Positions 25,843 through 40,009 of a DNA stretch of 64,000 nucleotides are shown here, in pieces. This DNA comes from Octopus sinensis. Lineage: Eukaryota. Under the pieces are notes generated by a model. That model did not search any database. It saw only the letters and a list, made by a program, of their open reading frames with translations, and was not told where the DNA came from. The translations under genes and the position numbers were made by a program. Position 1 is the stretch's first letter. Each line of letters starts with the position of its first letter. The stretch is from NCBI RefSeq assembly GCF_006345805.1, contig NC_043006.1:61876001-61940000 (forward strand), written 5' to 3'.

Positions 25843-26076
25843 AACAACAACAACAACAACTACTACAAGTAGAAGAAGAACAAGGAGCAGAAGAAGAAGA
25901 AGAAGAAGAAGAAGAAGAAGAAGAAGAAGAAGATGAAAAAGAAAAAGAAAAAGAAGAAGAAGAAGAAGAAGAAGAAGGAGAAGAAGAAGAAGAAGAAGAA
26001 GAAGAAGAAGAAGAAGAAGAAGAAGAAGAAGAAGAAGAAGAAGAAGAAGAAGAAGAAGAAGAAGAAGAAGAAGAAG
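25843..26076. repeat. Compound (CAA)n-(CTA)n-(GAA)n microsatellite
   Basis: Seen directly; it produces the poly-Phe ORF artefact. Confidence 0.95.
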
Positions 26077-27281
26077 GATTTCAACTTTTGGTAAAAGACC
26101 ACCGATTTGGAGAAAGGAATGATTCGATTACAACGGTCCAGCTATTCAACTGATCTCAGTTTCCCGACCCGGAAACGATGGATGACAAACTCGACAACAC
26201 TACAATTTGAACTCTGAACGTAAAGACGGATGATATGCCGTTAATTATTTTTTTCTGCGCGCTAATGATTCTGCCCGCTTGTTGCATTATATTTTCCCAA
26301 TTACAACGAAAATTATATAGAGAAAAGCATTAATAACCTTTGCCAACGTTCAAGAATCCACGGACGACACATACAGAAAGAAATAAGCATGATTCCCCTG
26401 AGTAAGTATCTGGAAATATGTGGAAACAACAGATTTAATTTCTTCCATTACTACGAATACACAATGGCAAGGGATTATCCAAAGTACCGGATGGCATTGG
26501 AATTACATTTTATCGAAAAGTTTTAACTAAACTAAACTTACAAAACAGTAAAAATATATTTATAAGCACATGCGATCCTTTTTTAAGAACATCAACGTCC
26601 AAGATCAACGAAATCAGATGAACTCGGGATATCATAATCATTAATAATGTTCTTATTACTGATTCTAAAATAACTGGAAAACATTTACTTAAGAGAAAAA
26701 CACTCACCCTAACAAACAAACGCTTAAACACAGAGACATTTAAAAGCCTTCCAAAATAATTGGATAGATTCTGTTTTAAACATCTTGAAAACATGGCAAC
26801 TAACCAAAAATACAATGAGTAAAAGAAAACTGACTTTTTGAAATGTCATTAATTTCAGGCATCCCAGAAGACCCTTTCTACAGCTAGGTAACATAGCAAC
26901 TGACAAAACTACAATGCATTTCCAGCCATCTCAGAAATATAGTTCATTCATTCTTTCCTGCACTCTCTTTTTCTTTATTTCTTTCACTTACCTAGCCTGA
27001 AAACACCCCAAACATACACACTTGCACACTCATGCACACACACATTTATATATATATACACACACATATGCACAAAAACACACACACATATGGATATAAT
27101 CAAAATAATGAAGGACGTCCTCTTCGCAATTCAATTCCATACCTTGTGAACTAACTCACATATATATGGAAGCATTATTCTTCTGTAAATCTCTCAATAG
27201 AGTTGAAAGCGCTAAACAAATAGTTTCATCCAAAATCCTGATTACTTTTTCCTAAATATATAAAATCTGTGCACCCATTCA

Positions 27282-27325
<44 letters not shown>

Positions 27326-29139
27326 CCACACACACACAGGTGTACAAAAATATATTCATACATACAAATACATATACATCCGTATATGCGTGTACGCATG
27401 CAGACATGTGTTTGTATGTATATATCATTTATAAATGGCAATTTATGTCTGTCTGAGTGTTACCATTTTGCCCCCTATACCAGCAAACCAAACTTCGTGA
27501 AATTTTGCATACATATTACGCTAACATCCAGTTCTATTATAGGCTAATTGGATTTCAATAAAAGTCGACAATGGGGTCCCTGCAGGGTTTGGGCTGTTAT
27601 ATGATGAAATGAGAAGAGTGCAAAAAGTGTTGGGTTGAGGGAAATGTGGTGGGAAGAGGAGGAGACAGGATGATGCACAGAGACAAGGAATGTGAGAGAC
27701 AGAGAGTGAGAGAGCGAGAGACAGGGGCAGAGCGGGAGAGTGAGAATGTTTTTTTTTAAAGAACAGCAAATTTTAATACTTTGTTCTTTAATTTTTACCT
27801 AACACTTTAGTGAATTAACTATCGTATACCCTGTCAAAACTTTTACAATTTGTCTAACATGTTAAACAAACAAGTGACAGGTAAAGGGTTCTTATATAAG
27901 TTTTCAAATCACCGTATTAAGATTTATTAAAACTTTACCAACGTACTGACACGATATCACTATAGAGTTCTTATTTTCTTCCATAGATAAAGGGCCCGTC
28001 GTTGGCGTGTAATTTCTAGAATAGAATGTTTTATATAAATTTTTGTTTATTCCATGTCAGACCATGCCTTCTCCGACAGATAGGCCTCTTGATCAGGATA
28101 GATTTGTGCAATTTTTTTGGAAAAAGTTTCTTGAATTTTATCCTCCTAAAATTGTTTACGTGTTTGTTCGACTGTTCCACATGACTTTATTTCTTAAAAC
28201 TTATTAAAATGACAGAAGTTCTTACAATTTTGGTTGTCGTAATGTTTTGCCTTCATTTCTTTAATAAAAGTACTTCCATGTAAGGATATTGCATTTATTT
28301 TGTGATTGACAGCTATCATACAGAAAATGCCAGCTTCTGGATTCTGTTTTCTGATTAGGTAAAATTGATTACACTTTAAACCCCAGTATCAGGGAAGGGG
28401 GGAGACAGGGAGACGGAAACTGTTTGTGTGAGAGAGAGAGATTAAGATAGAGAGAGAGAGAGAGAACGAGTGATAGGGACAGTGTGGGAGAAGGAAAATG
28501 TGTCTACTGAAGGGAACAGCGATGTTATATTTATGAATATCTTGGTCCATTTGTATGAAACAATTGAATAGGAATATGAAAAATAAAACCATAGTCCAGC
28601 TTAACATCCAATCGCATTCATTTCATAAATATGAATAAATTTGTTAAACTTCGTTTTATAAGTTAAGTCAGATACTGATTATATTCATACAAGCTTTCAT
28701 ATGCATGAGACATTTAAAAAAGATTTTTAAAAATTCCAATTAAACGACGAACATAAATTCATCCGATAATATATATATATATATATATACATCCTTTTAA
28801 ATACACAACCAAAGAGCTACTATTAGTTTCATGCTATCATGATATTTAAGCAAGCATATTTATGTAATAAGCCATGTATCTGAAATTAATCTTTCAGGCC
28901 CTGTTTATGCGTTGCATATATTACAAAAAAAAAAAAGAAAAGGACGCTAAAAATAAGAAAAACATGGAAAAACTGTTAAGGTTGGTGAAAATATTGGAAC
29001 GAGAACAAAGAAAACTAAGACCCCTCTCCTCTCTGATTGCAGAAAGCTCATTAAATACAATTGGTATAGAACAACATGACAAAAATATGTGAAAGTCTGC
29101 TGTCTAGCAACTCAGTCCGGAGCGGGTGGTGCCCGCCAA

Positions 29140-29520
29140 TTCAACAGTAGCAACCATGTGTCCACAACTGCTAAAAGTTTCAGATCTCTAATTAAACAGT
29201 ATTTTAGAATTGCTAGATCCTAAGAAGAATATGAGACCTTTCTGTGACGCATAAGTTGCATTTCTTAACTGCATTAACATACAGATTGAATTTCTCCACT
29301 ATTCTCCCTACTAATTATATATGGTGTGAAGCTGCTCTTTAAATTCCATACGAAGCTAGCCACCTGAGTTGCATTATTTTCATTGATATGCTGGAAAGAA
29401 GAGCGGTGAGTTATATAACGTCTCTTCAACTTATCCTCACACATTCTAATGTAATTCTTCTTTTCAATTGATTTGTCTTGGAGCGTAGCTGTAACTTCAT
29501 CCTCGTTTGTGACCGAGTTT
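29140..29520 (-). mobile_element. Penelope-like GIY-YIG endonuclease fragment
   Basis: Minus translation KNYIRMCEDKLKRRYITHRSSFQH...ATQVASFVWNLK...AVKKCNLCVTER, matching the PLE YIG..E..FK.RY..H..SF and C.LC..EK pattern. Confidence 0.7.
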
Positions 29521-31050
29521 ATTATACACGTATGGAATTTTACTGATTACTTCTAAGCTAAATAGGACTGTCGTTTAATATATCCTTTCTGGAATATGGT
29601 ATGGGAATTCCATGTAACTTCTGATGAAACTAGTTAGCAAATTTGCACAAAGAACTGAGAATTAGATTAAAAAAGTTATTTAAAAATTTACACTTAAAGG
29701 ATTACGGTTAGTACTGGAAACAACTATTTCTTCTTTGACAACCAATATTATCTACAAATACAAAGCACACCAATGAGAATGTATTTGCGTGGTATCATTT
29801 GTGCAATTTCACAAGATTTTGGCGCCAAAATTGTTCGATGGACATTTTATTTTTTATAAGTTCAAATACATAGATTTCTTGTGTATTATGGATATATGCT
29901 ATGCAAATATATATGGATATATGCTATGTAAATATATCTGTGTCGTTAGTAAATCTAGTATGAGTTTCAAAGTGTATAAATTTCTCATGCAAATGTTGCA
30001 TATAAACTTAACCCTTGCCATGATATCATTTTCGTTATACTGAAGAGTTTGATGACACATGTTGTGCTGGTAGTGTATTTTCATATCGAATACCCAATTA
30101 TATTTTAGATTATAGTCACTAATACTGGAATACAAAAAGCGGTCATCGATATATGTTAGCTAATACATTTAGCATCACTTACAAAAGATTAATGTCCGGA
30201 AATGTAATTCTGCAGAATTCTACATATAGACTAAAATATGTTAAAAGCTAGCTTATAGTTTCCTTCATATATGCACGTGTGTGTGCGTGCGTGCAGTTGG
30301 GTGAGTGTACGTGTTATATAAGTGGATCGAGAGTTATTGAAGTTATACTTATGTTACTTGTATTTATTATGCTCTTCAACGTTCGTTAATGGAGGTTGAA
30401 TTCTATTTAAGAAATTTCATTTACTGTAAACTCGGAAGAATAACTGAATATACTGGTTTGCTTTGAAATAGATTGCTCATTTAAACTCGAATCCATAGGG
30501 TCTGTGTCGTAGAATATTTGAAATTCTACTCTCCTGCAAATCGACAAGTAAATACTTTTAACGCATTTCCCATATTTTCCTAACTCTATTCACATTCATA
30601 ACCACAAAATAATTTGATGATGAAAATTGTTTTCCTGTGTAACATTTCTGATTTTCTACTATGTTGAATATTTAAAATGTATGATATTCCATTAACTTCC
30701 ATCGCATTAAGAATATCTGCAATAACAATGAATGAGTTGTGCGACCTAGTCTCATATTGATACGTTTTACTCAAGGAAATATTACTTCAGTAATTTCTCC
30801 CAAAATAGAAGGTGATATATAGAATCATACTCGCTGCTTTACTATGAAGAATCCATCGCTGAAGAAGTATATCATTTACCACCTGTCGACTGGTATCTCA
30901 ACAAACTGCCGTTGGGGTATGAATATAAATTTCATATTAAAATAAAACGGTTGTTCTGATTTTACAGTTGGTTATCGCATAAAACCAACATTTCTAGCAT
31001 GTAATTACTTTGTGACTGGCATTGTAGATTAATCATGCCATTGTCTAATC

Positions 31051-31435
31051 TATGATATAAAATCCGTTCTGTCTTTCTGTGTGTGTTTGTCTTCTAGGAT
31101 CTCGGGCATCCTCCATCCGATTGCGCTCAAATTTGATATGTAGATACTGACGATATCAGGGCGTGTATAAGGTTTGACAAAATTACACAAATAAATTCCA
31201 GGTGAGAATGCGATCGATAAAGCCCTGAGAACGTGCATTTGTAAAATCGTTTTTCTTGGAATAGAAAAAAGTCTATCTTTATTTCTTCTTTTGCTGGTGT
31301 CTCAAATTTAGGTTAAATCAGTGTTTCTCAAAGGGGAGGCCTATAGGACGTTCGGACAAGTTGTTTTGAGAAAATCTGGTTTAAATGTTTGACCACTCGG
31401 CAACGTCCATTGGACGTTTGTGGGTTGCTCGTTTT
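31051..31435 (-). mobile_element. Non-autonomous Helentron/HINE-like element
   Basis: Minus 3' end aaatttgagcgcaatcggatgg...acacacagaaagacagaacggattttatatcatagat parallels the end of 5662-6019; aacgtccattggacgtt hairpin near the other end. Confidence 0.5.
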
Positions 31436-31699
31436 TAAAAAAGTCGGAATATTAGAATGATCATATGAATTACTCTGGTACACGAAACCTTAAATACAAT
31501 TATAAGTGTTACCTAATAATAAGATAAATGTGTTTCTTCGTATGATTTAGCGTGGTTGCGGTTTCTAGTCAGTCACTGGAGAGTGAGTTATCTTCTATAA
31601 TGTAATGTTTATTTTGGTTGAATTTATTTGGAAAGGAGTTTCTGACTGTTATATATTTTGGTTTGCCTATGATTTTTATCGGAACGTGAAGTGTGTTAT

Positions 31700-34065
31700 T
31701 TATTTTTATTTAAAAGAGATTTATTCATTGTGTTAAAAGAAGTTTGCATTTCGTAATGCACTTTATATAGTAGGGGAATTAGTAACTTTTTGCAGAAAAA
31801 TTTTTAATTTGTTTTCTTCAAGCTTAAAGGTATTAAAGACTTGATTAGACGTTTGTTTCATGGTGGGTGTTTGAATTGTAAAAATCATGACACCGACAAC
31901 ATAAAATGATGAAACATGTTACAAACAGTAACACACGCCCCCCCCCCACAAATTAATATGTAAAAATATGCTAATATAGCCTCTAGACTAAAGAACTACA
32001 GATAAGTAAGAAAGAAAGCAATTTGTTTAATTTTTTAAAATGTCATACTGCAAAAAACAAAGATGGCAGGTAGAGTAATCACATTAATACTAAGCATACT
32101 AAAATGGATTTTAAAAATCTCGAAAGGCCCAAATTTATGAATAAATGTTTAAAATAAAAGCATCTAAATGCACCAAAATATTCTTAGGAAAATAGAACCT
32201 TTTTAGACTATAATGAATTTCACTTAAGAATATAGTAATGTTTTTCACTGCTGGAAAGTATAAATATAAAGTAAAGGTAAAATAAAAAATATATAGATCG
32301 AAATTTTGATAAAGGAAACAGGAACCAATAATGGTAGAAAGTGATAATTTAACAAGTTTTTGGCAGGCTTATTAGTAAGTGAAGACTGAACATAAAATGT
32401 TTACAACCAAATTATTATTATAGAGATAATCGGAATATTGATTGATCCAAATTGCAATTTTGGTAGTCAACACCAGTAAATTCGACAAGTGTATAGGAGA
32501 GAAATAATATTAAGTCTAAATACATGAATAGTAAAATATAAAACGATAGCAAGTAATATTGTTAAGTGAATGGAATGACAACGTTTTAAAAAGGATATGT
32601 TACAAAATTTTCATCACAATGAATTTGCAGAAGATAAAAGTAATCCAGTTATTTTTAAAGACCAGATCAGCCATGCTTTAGTAAACGTATGATGAAAGAC
32701 GTTTCAACTCTGAGAGTCCATTTTTTTTTATTTTTTGAACTGTAGCATTCCACTGTTCCTTAGACTAAATATCTCAATGCGTATTCAGTTTCAGCTAGTG
32801 CTAAATACGGCAATTACCACTACTATTACCATTGATAAATTGAAGAACTCAGTACAAGTGTACAGCTTGCTTTAATGCATCATAACTAAAAGTGTCCGGT
32901 TCCCAGCACACCGAATTAGTAGTTCCCGATCTGGCAATCCGACCTTTCTTTTCTCGAGAATATAAGTGTTATTTATTTAAAGATATTTGTTCATTGAGTT
33001 AAAAGAAGTTTGTATTTCCTAATGCACTTCATATAGTAGGGCACTAAGAAATTTTTTCTGCAGTAAATTTTGATTATATACTTGTTTCTTGGTGAGTGTT
33101 TGGATTGAGAAAATTGCGACATGGACAACGTTACAAAAGCCATACACCCAACTTCCACCACATTCATAGACGGTAAGCAGTCCCGATTTAAAAAACTAAT
33201 AGTCAACCAACAGATGCTGGAAGCTATTCGACATAGAGAACAAAGCCCAACAATTCCTCCATTACATATCAATAACCAATCATATCGAGTTGTGACACTT
33301 CTCATTCATTATTTATACACACTAGATCTAAATGCGAGTTACTATTAGTTCCATGCCACTGAAAATACAATGTACGAACAAGTTTATATAGTGTGCTGTG
33401 TATTTTTAGGCAATCATTCAGAATTAAAACGCAATATGAGTGTTCTTTGACAAAAAGCGAGAAAGTACATGGATGTACGAGCGAGAAAAGGGGCGAAAAA
33501 AAAAGAAGAAACAAAAGTTGCGGCCCTTTGGCTCGTTAGTATCGTAATTAATATAGTTAGTATATTTAACTCAACGGAGATAGATTAGAGTTTGTGAAAC
33601 CGTATGTTTAGTACAGAGTAGTGTTGTTTATCAATCCAATTGTAGAAGCTTATTCGGATGCTTACGGGTAGCGAAAATTTATGATGTATATTTCAGTTCG
33701 TCATGAGAGGTTTTATATCTAAAACAGATATGAGGTTATTCGGTACTAAAAGGCTCGCCTCTTTGATCTATAAAACTGAATATTTCTTGGAGATACACCG
33801 TATGCTACACAGGCTTGTTTGACCATTGTATTTTCAGAAGTATGAAACTAATAGAAGCTCGGATTTAAATCCTCTAAACATTAACTGATATTTATTGAGC
33901 GGAATATATGTGTGTGTTTGTTTATGGAAATTTCTGTTTATTCACCAAAAGCAATAGATTGAAGGACTCAGTACAAGCGTAGTGCTTGCTTTAATACATT
34001 ATATGTAAAAAGGTCCGTTTTCCAGCACACCGATCAGGCAAACCGACTTTGTTTTTCATGAGAAA
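31700..34065 (+). repeat. Mosaic of local direct duplications (31700-31920 ~ 32965-33140; 32835-32960 ~ 33955-34065)
   Basis: Shared blocks gttaaaagaagtttg(c/t)atttc(g/c)taatgcactt and gaag(a/g)actcagtacaag(t/c)gt...ccagcacaccga seen by eye. Confidence 0.7.
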
Positions 34066-35239
34066 TATTCACTATTGAAGCGCGTTTTGAAATATGAAAT
34101 GGGATTTTAAATAGAATGCTTATCTTTATGCTCTTTCGGTTAAAATAAACCCTTACGAGTGACATGAGTAAAATAAAAAAAAAAATAATCACTCGCCGTT
34201 TCAAGATCACGTTTTTCATTAATGGTTGTCGTGGAAATATTCTAAACGTCTTAAACTTTATCCGAAGAAAGTCACTTTAATAGCTTTCCTTATGTAATTT
34301 CGTTGTTGCTTAATTCGTGCTTTCAGGTATACTCCGCTTTTTAGAACATTAATTAAAATTATTAATTAAAAAGGAAAGTATATGTGCGCATGTGCATTTT
34401 GTGTGCGCATGTTTAGAGGTATATATAAATGTATATGCTCACTTCTATGCATCTATATCAACGCGATTATATACGCATTCATGCATACAATCACAGGCAT
34501 TTGCATATAAGTATACATGCACAGGGACACAGATATTACGCATTTCTTAATTAAAATATATTAACTAAACATTTTGAAAACACCGTTTTATTCGAAGCAG
34601 AGCGAAATTCAACGAGGGTAGAATTTACATAAACTATACTTACCTCTGTGCACTCATGGGGCTATCAATATCTTCCTTTTATTCTAGCTGATTCCACTGA
34701 GAGTCAAATTATTAAATTTTTCGCTCAAAACAGGGGTCCACTCCATTTTAAATTTGAAGCTACTTTTCCTGTGTGATTACTACTTATCTGTTGTCAAATA
34801 GGAAATTTTGAATTCTTGTCTCACGCAAGTCATATATAAATTTCGATAAAGCCATAGCATATTTTCTATCAGGACAGAAAAATGATACTTTATCTTTTTA
34901 AAAAAGGTTTTTTTAAAGTTGCTTTAATTTCCCCAGTATATATTTTAGAAGCATCCCTGCCTTTGTCTCTTATTTGGTTCTATATATAATATACTTTTCC
35001 AGACAGTTACAATCTAGTCGGCATTCCTCACGAATTTGGAAATTACCTAAACTTTGGTGACCAGCTGCTTGCCTCAACCATTCACCTTTACCATATTATA
35101 AAGTCTTGTTTAACATCCAAAACTAGTACAAGGTTAAATACGATCCTTAACACACTTCCAACAACTTATGTCGTTGTGCAAAATTGTAATGTATTAAACT
35201 AAATAATTTCCTTGCTATATCAGCTGGATTGCTGATGGA

Positions 35240-35637
<398 letters not shown>

Positions 35638-36370
35638 GTACAGTGAGGATATATGGCCCAGTTGTTAAAGTGCTGAAAATGAACTTTCTTATCTTCCATT
35701 TTAAAGGGTTACAGAATTAACACAGGTTATTGGGACATAAACCTTCTTCCACGAAAAGATAATTTAAACTCTGCTCTAAATGGAGGTGTAGTCAAATCCT
35801 ATTTTATGGACTCTACCATATTCTAAAATAAGTCGAAATTAAGCTACAATAAAACGGCACGAACTTGCGGGACAATCCAATAGTTTGGACTTTAGAAGAC
35901 GATTATTTTACACTTAAAACTTCATAGAATGACTGAAATAGGATACATATGTATGGCATTACTTAAGTAGTGCATGTTTTGCTATCTGGCGAGTAATTTA
36001 TTCATCGGGTTCACATTTAAAAGTGTTGCTCGAAGACACAGAAACGTGTCATTTGTTGGTCTTTGGAACAAAAAGTTTTCAATTCATTCAATTAACTTTT
36101 AGAAAATAAGAGGATTAAATTTTGAATTTACACACACTACATGACTGACAATATAATCAGGTAAATACTGAAAGCTGCATGGAACTGATCAAAAAGTTGA
36201 ATTAAATATATTCAAGTAGACATGTCACAAACAATTTAATGTTTCAAGTATGAGTAAACGATTATCAATCAAACAGCATTTACATGAAAACAAGTACAAA
36301 TTAAAACATGGAAATTTAAAATTTAAAGTATCATTTTGTAGATAATGTTTATGTAGCATCACAAACACAG

Positions 36371-36408
<38 letters not shown>

Positions 36409-36647
36409 TCACACTCTCACACATACATACATACACATACACAAACACATACATGCTCACACACTCTGTGTTTGTCATATTTTAAGTGCCTTTGAAAGTC
36501 ACTGTTGATGCATATAAAGTTTATATTGCTGTTATTTTGTTGCTTAATTCTAAAACATTACATACGCAAGATAATGAAAGTTTCATAAAAGACCATAAAT
36601 TTATAAAACCGACAATCAAAAACTTCAAATTATATATACTCACACAA

Positions 36648-36678
<31 letters not shown>

Positions 36679-38434
36679 GATACACATACACATGCACACG
36701 GACATACACACGTATTAAAATATATAGATCGTAAATCTGTCAGATTTGATTTTTATAAAACACATTGTAGCAACTGTGTTCCTTCGCCTTCTGTCGTCAT
36801 ATATTTGCCGAATAATCTAACTTCATCAGTGATATATATATATACGGCAAAATTTAACAAATTTAACAGGGTGTACTTGAAAAACACCAAGTAAAGAAAA
36901 ATATCCCAGCAAATACCCGAAAACTGTTTGTTGCATATCTTGAGAAAAAAAAAAGATAATTTCAACGATATCGGTTTCGACAAATGTTTATATAGTGAAA
37001 AATTAGTAGAAAAACTCCTTTAAAAGTTGATACAAATATGCAGTCTGGCACACATATAAATTAAAACATGCTCTTTAAGATATGCATGATTGACAAGATG
37101 AAATTGAAAATGGCGCCGAGAATCCAAGGTGGAGTCCAGCGTTAAAAATTAATATTCGCGATGAACAGGAAATAAGTTTTATTATAATAAACTTTATTTT
37201 TTATGCAATATTTTACACAAATAACATTATATTTACCTTTTGAAGGATTTTTCTACTAACTTCTTCACTAATTCAGGTTATACGGGTTTTATCATGAATC
37301 AAATGTATGGACAGGCACAAATGTATGTAGAAAAAGGGCTGACTTGCATGTACAAGTTTCTGCACACTCACTTTTATATTGGAACATCTTAAGTGCTTCG
37401 TATTGTTCTGCCATGGTTCTTAGTTCAATCAAGTGAATAGTGAATGTAACATCGTCATTATTTTTCCACCCATAAGTGATAGCAGTGCTGGTTTCGTCTG
37501 GAAAGCCTGGTGATGCGGTCCACATGATCCTCTGCCTTAAGACGCGTAGCTAGCTCCTTTGCTTTTGTGCTTATGCATTGTAAGTAGAATTATGTCCGAG
37601 CGCGGACATGTGCACGAACTCGTCTCCACTACGCTAACGACGGATTCTGCTATCTCCCGGCAAGGCACAGCTTGCGGTAGAGGATGACTCTCGACCTACA
37701 CGCATCTTCCATAGTTGGTGCAACGGTCACCTTGAGTGTGGTCGTTCTCCAAACGGCAGAGCACGCAATACTGACCACGATCACGGAGTGATACCGGCAG
37801 CAGATGCGAGGCGGACAGGAGGAGGCTCGCTCGCGTCTAAGCGGACGAACAGGAACCTACTTGATAACGCGGCTCTTGCCGCGGTGCGTGTTTTGGCAAC
37901 CTGCACCGACCGCCGGAGGCTTCATACGATCTCTCGGTGACGCCTTGCATTGTCGTGGTGGCCGACTCGGCCGACCACCGTTCGTTCCCTCACCTGTCAT
38001 AGATTTTGAAATTTCTTCGGATGTGATGGTCAGCTAAAGCGTAGTTGTTCTCCCGCTGAGATCCGGAAGCTCTCAGACGGCGGCAAAAGCGATATCGACC
38101 ACATACACGGAGTGCTATCGTCAGCTGAAGCAAAGATAACAGTGAAATAAACGAACGCGTCCACGCGGACAGGGACGAGAAGGAGATGGAGATCTAGCAA
38201 ACACGCCGGGCTGTTGCAGCAAGCCCTCGACAAGGAGCCGCTTTGCGATGGAGAAGAAGCACGCGCAGCAGAGGCAGGATCACGCCCACGTGGACGCGGA
38301 CGATCAGGAGAAAACCAAAGAACACGGCAGTCTCCGCCGGCCGTTTCGGCCGACTTACGCTCGGGAGATGCTGCTAGCAGGAAAGGCAAAGACAGCAACA
38401 TTAGACACGTGCACGTACACGCTGGCGGTCACAC

Positions 38435-38838
38435 GCTGTATGGTAGGAATATTGTTTCCCAATCACATGGTCCCGGGTCCAGTCCCACTGCGTGGCAACT
38501 TGAGCAAGTGTCTTCAACTATATCCCCGGGTCAATCAAAGCCTTCTCAGTAGTTTTGGTAGGCGTATATATATATGTGTGTGTGTGTGTCTGTGGAAGTA
38601 GTTATATATATATAATTTTGTGTGTGTGTTTCTCTGTCTCCACCCCACACCAAGTCCGCTTGAGAACCGATGCTGGCGTGGTTACGTCCTCATACACCTG
38701 TGACTCGACAAAAGAGGCACATAGGTTAAGTACTGTGCTTACAAAGAATATGTCCTGGGGATGATTTCTTCGACTAAAATCACTTTAAGGCGGTGCTCCA
38801 GCATGGCGAAATTAAATGACTCAAGCAAGTTAAAGAAT
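38435..38838 (+). mobile_element. tRNA-derived SINE (family A), diverged
   Basis: tggtagg...ttcccaatcacatggtcccgggtccagtcccactgcgtggc...gcggtgctccagcatgg; same blocks as the other copies. Confidence 0.8.
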
Positions 38839-39473
38839 AAGTATATATAGTGTATGTGTACGCATGCATGTATGCGTGTGTGTGTATATATATGTAACAT
38901 ATGGTATAATAACAAACGGTGCAAATTTTGGCTATTTCTACGCAGACTGGAAACATGATGAACGACGTTAATCGATTCTCACACCACACTGGGTTCTCTT
39001 CAGAGGCATCCACATCATTCTGACAGTCCAGAGTAACAAGCCACTAAACTTTTTATATACTCAACGAATGTAGCACTTACTCTATGAAGGAGTCCCTAAC
39101 TTGCATACCGAAAGAGTTTAAAACTATATATATATATTCAGCCACTCTGACGTCACTCCTTATAAACAGACACTCATTATCACCATGGGCTCCTTGAGAG
39201 CAGTCAGCTAAAAGTTTTTTGTGCATTTTGATGTCGGCATAAGTTCCTTGCCTTTCCTGATGAGAAATCTGCATAATGTACTCCTTATTCCTTCGGAATT
39301 AGGAATATGCAGCCTTCGAAACAAATGTCGAAAATAAATTTGTTAACAAGTCGTTCAACTCCATTCTTTCATAAACTTATATATATATATATATATATAT
39401 AATGAAGAAATAGTGATATAGGTATCCACTTTATACAGCTCAACCGATTAGCGCTGTGACAGAGCATCAGGAA

Positions 39474-39820
39474 TATAAATGAAGGAGAGGAGAAGACAAA
39501 TTCAAAGGTTGATGTATATATTCATTCAATCCACATTAACGAAATTCTCCATGGTATACAAACTACATACATAGATGCAGTCGACTGTATGATATTTAAA
39601 AAAATTTCTAAGAATTGATAAATACATACATATACACGAAAATTTATAAATTTGTTTGTATATGTATGTTTTTATAAATTCATAGAATTTTTTTAGATGT
39701 CATATAGATGAATGTATCTATGTATGTACTTTGTATACCATAGAGAATTTCGTTAATGTGGATTGAATGAATAAATACATTGGTGTTTGAATTTGTGTTC
39801 TCCCCTCCTTAATTTTTATA
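39474..39820. repeat. ~350-bp loopless imperfect palindrome
   Basis: Arms 39474-39645 and 39646-39820 centred on aaatttataaattt; attcattcaatccacattaacgaaattctc matches its reverse complement exactly. Confidence 0.9.
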
Positions 39821-39826
39821 TATATG

Positions 39827-39890
<64 letters not shown>

Positions 39891-40009
39891 ATATAAACAC
39901 GAACGTGCGCAGAAGAGTGCACTGATGGGCGTGTATACGCGTGTGCGCTCACACTGGTATGCATGCGTAGATGCATGCGAATATACATATGTATAAACAC
40001 AGAAGAAAA

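Noticed and set aside
24540-26900. Possible minus-strand exons of an Ig-like or ciliary protein
   Set aside because: In-frame stops, weak splice signals and no motif I can name.
39077-39274. 65-aa minus ORF bounded by an AG and a GTAAGT
   Set aside because: It contains a TA-microsatellite-derived stretch, the next segment stops quickly, and there is no recognisable homology.
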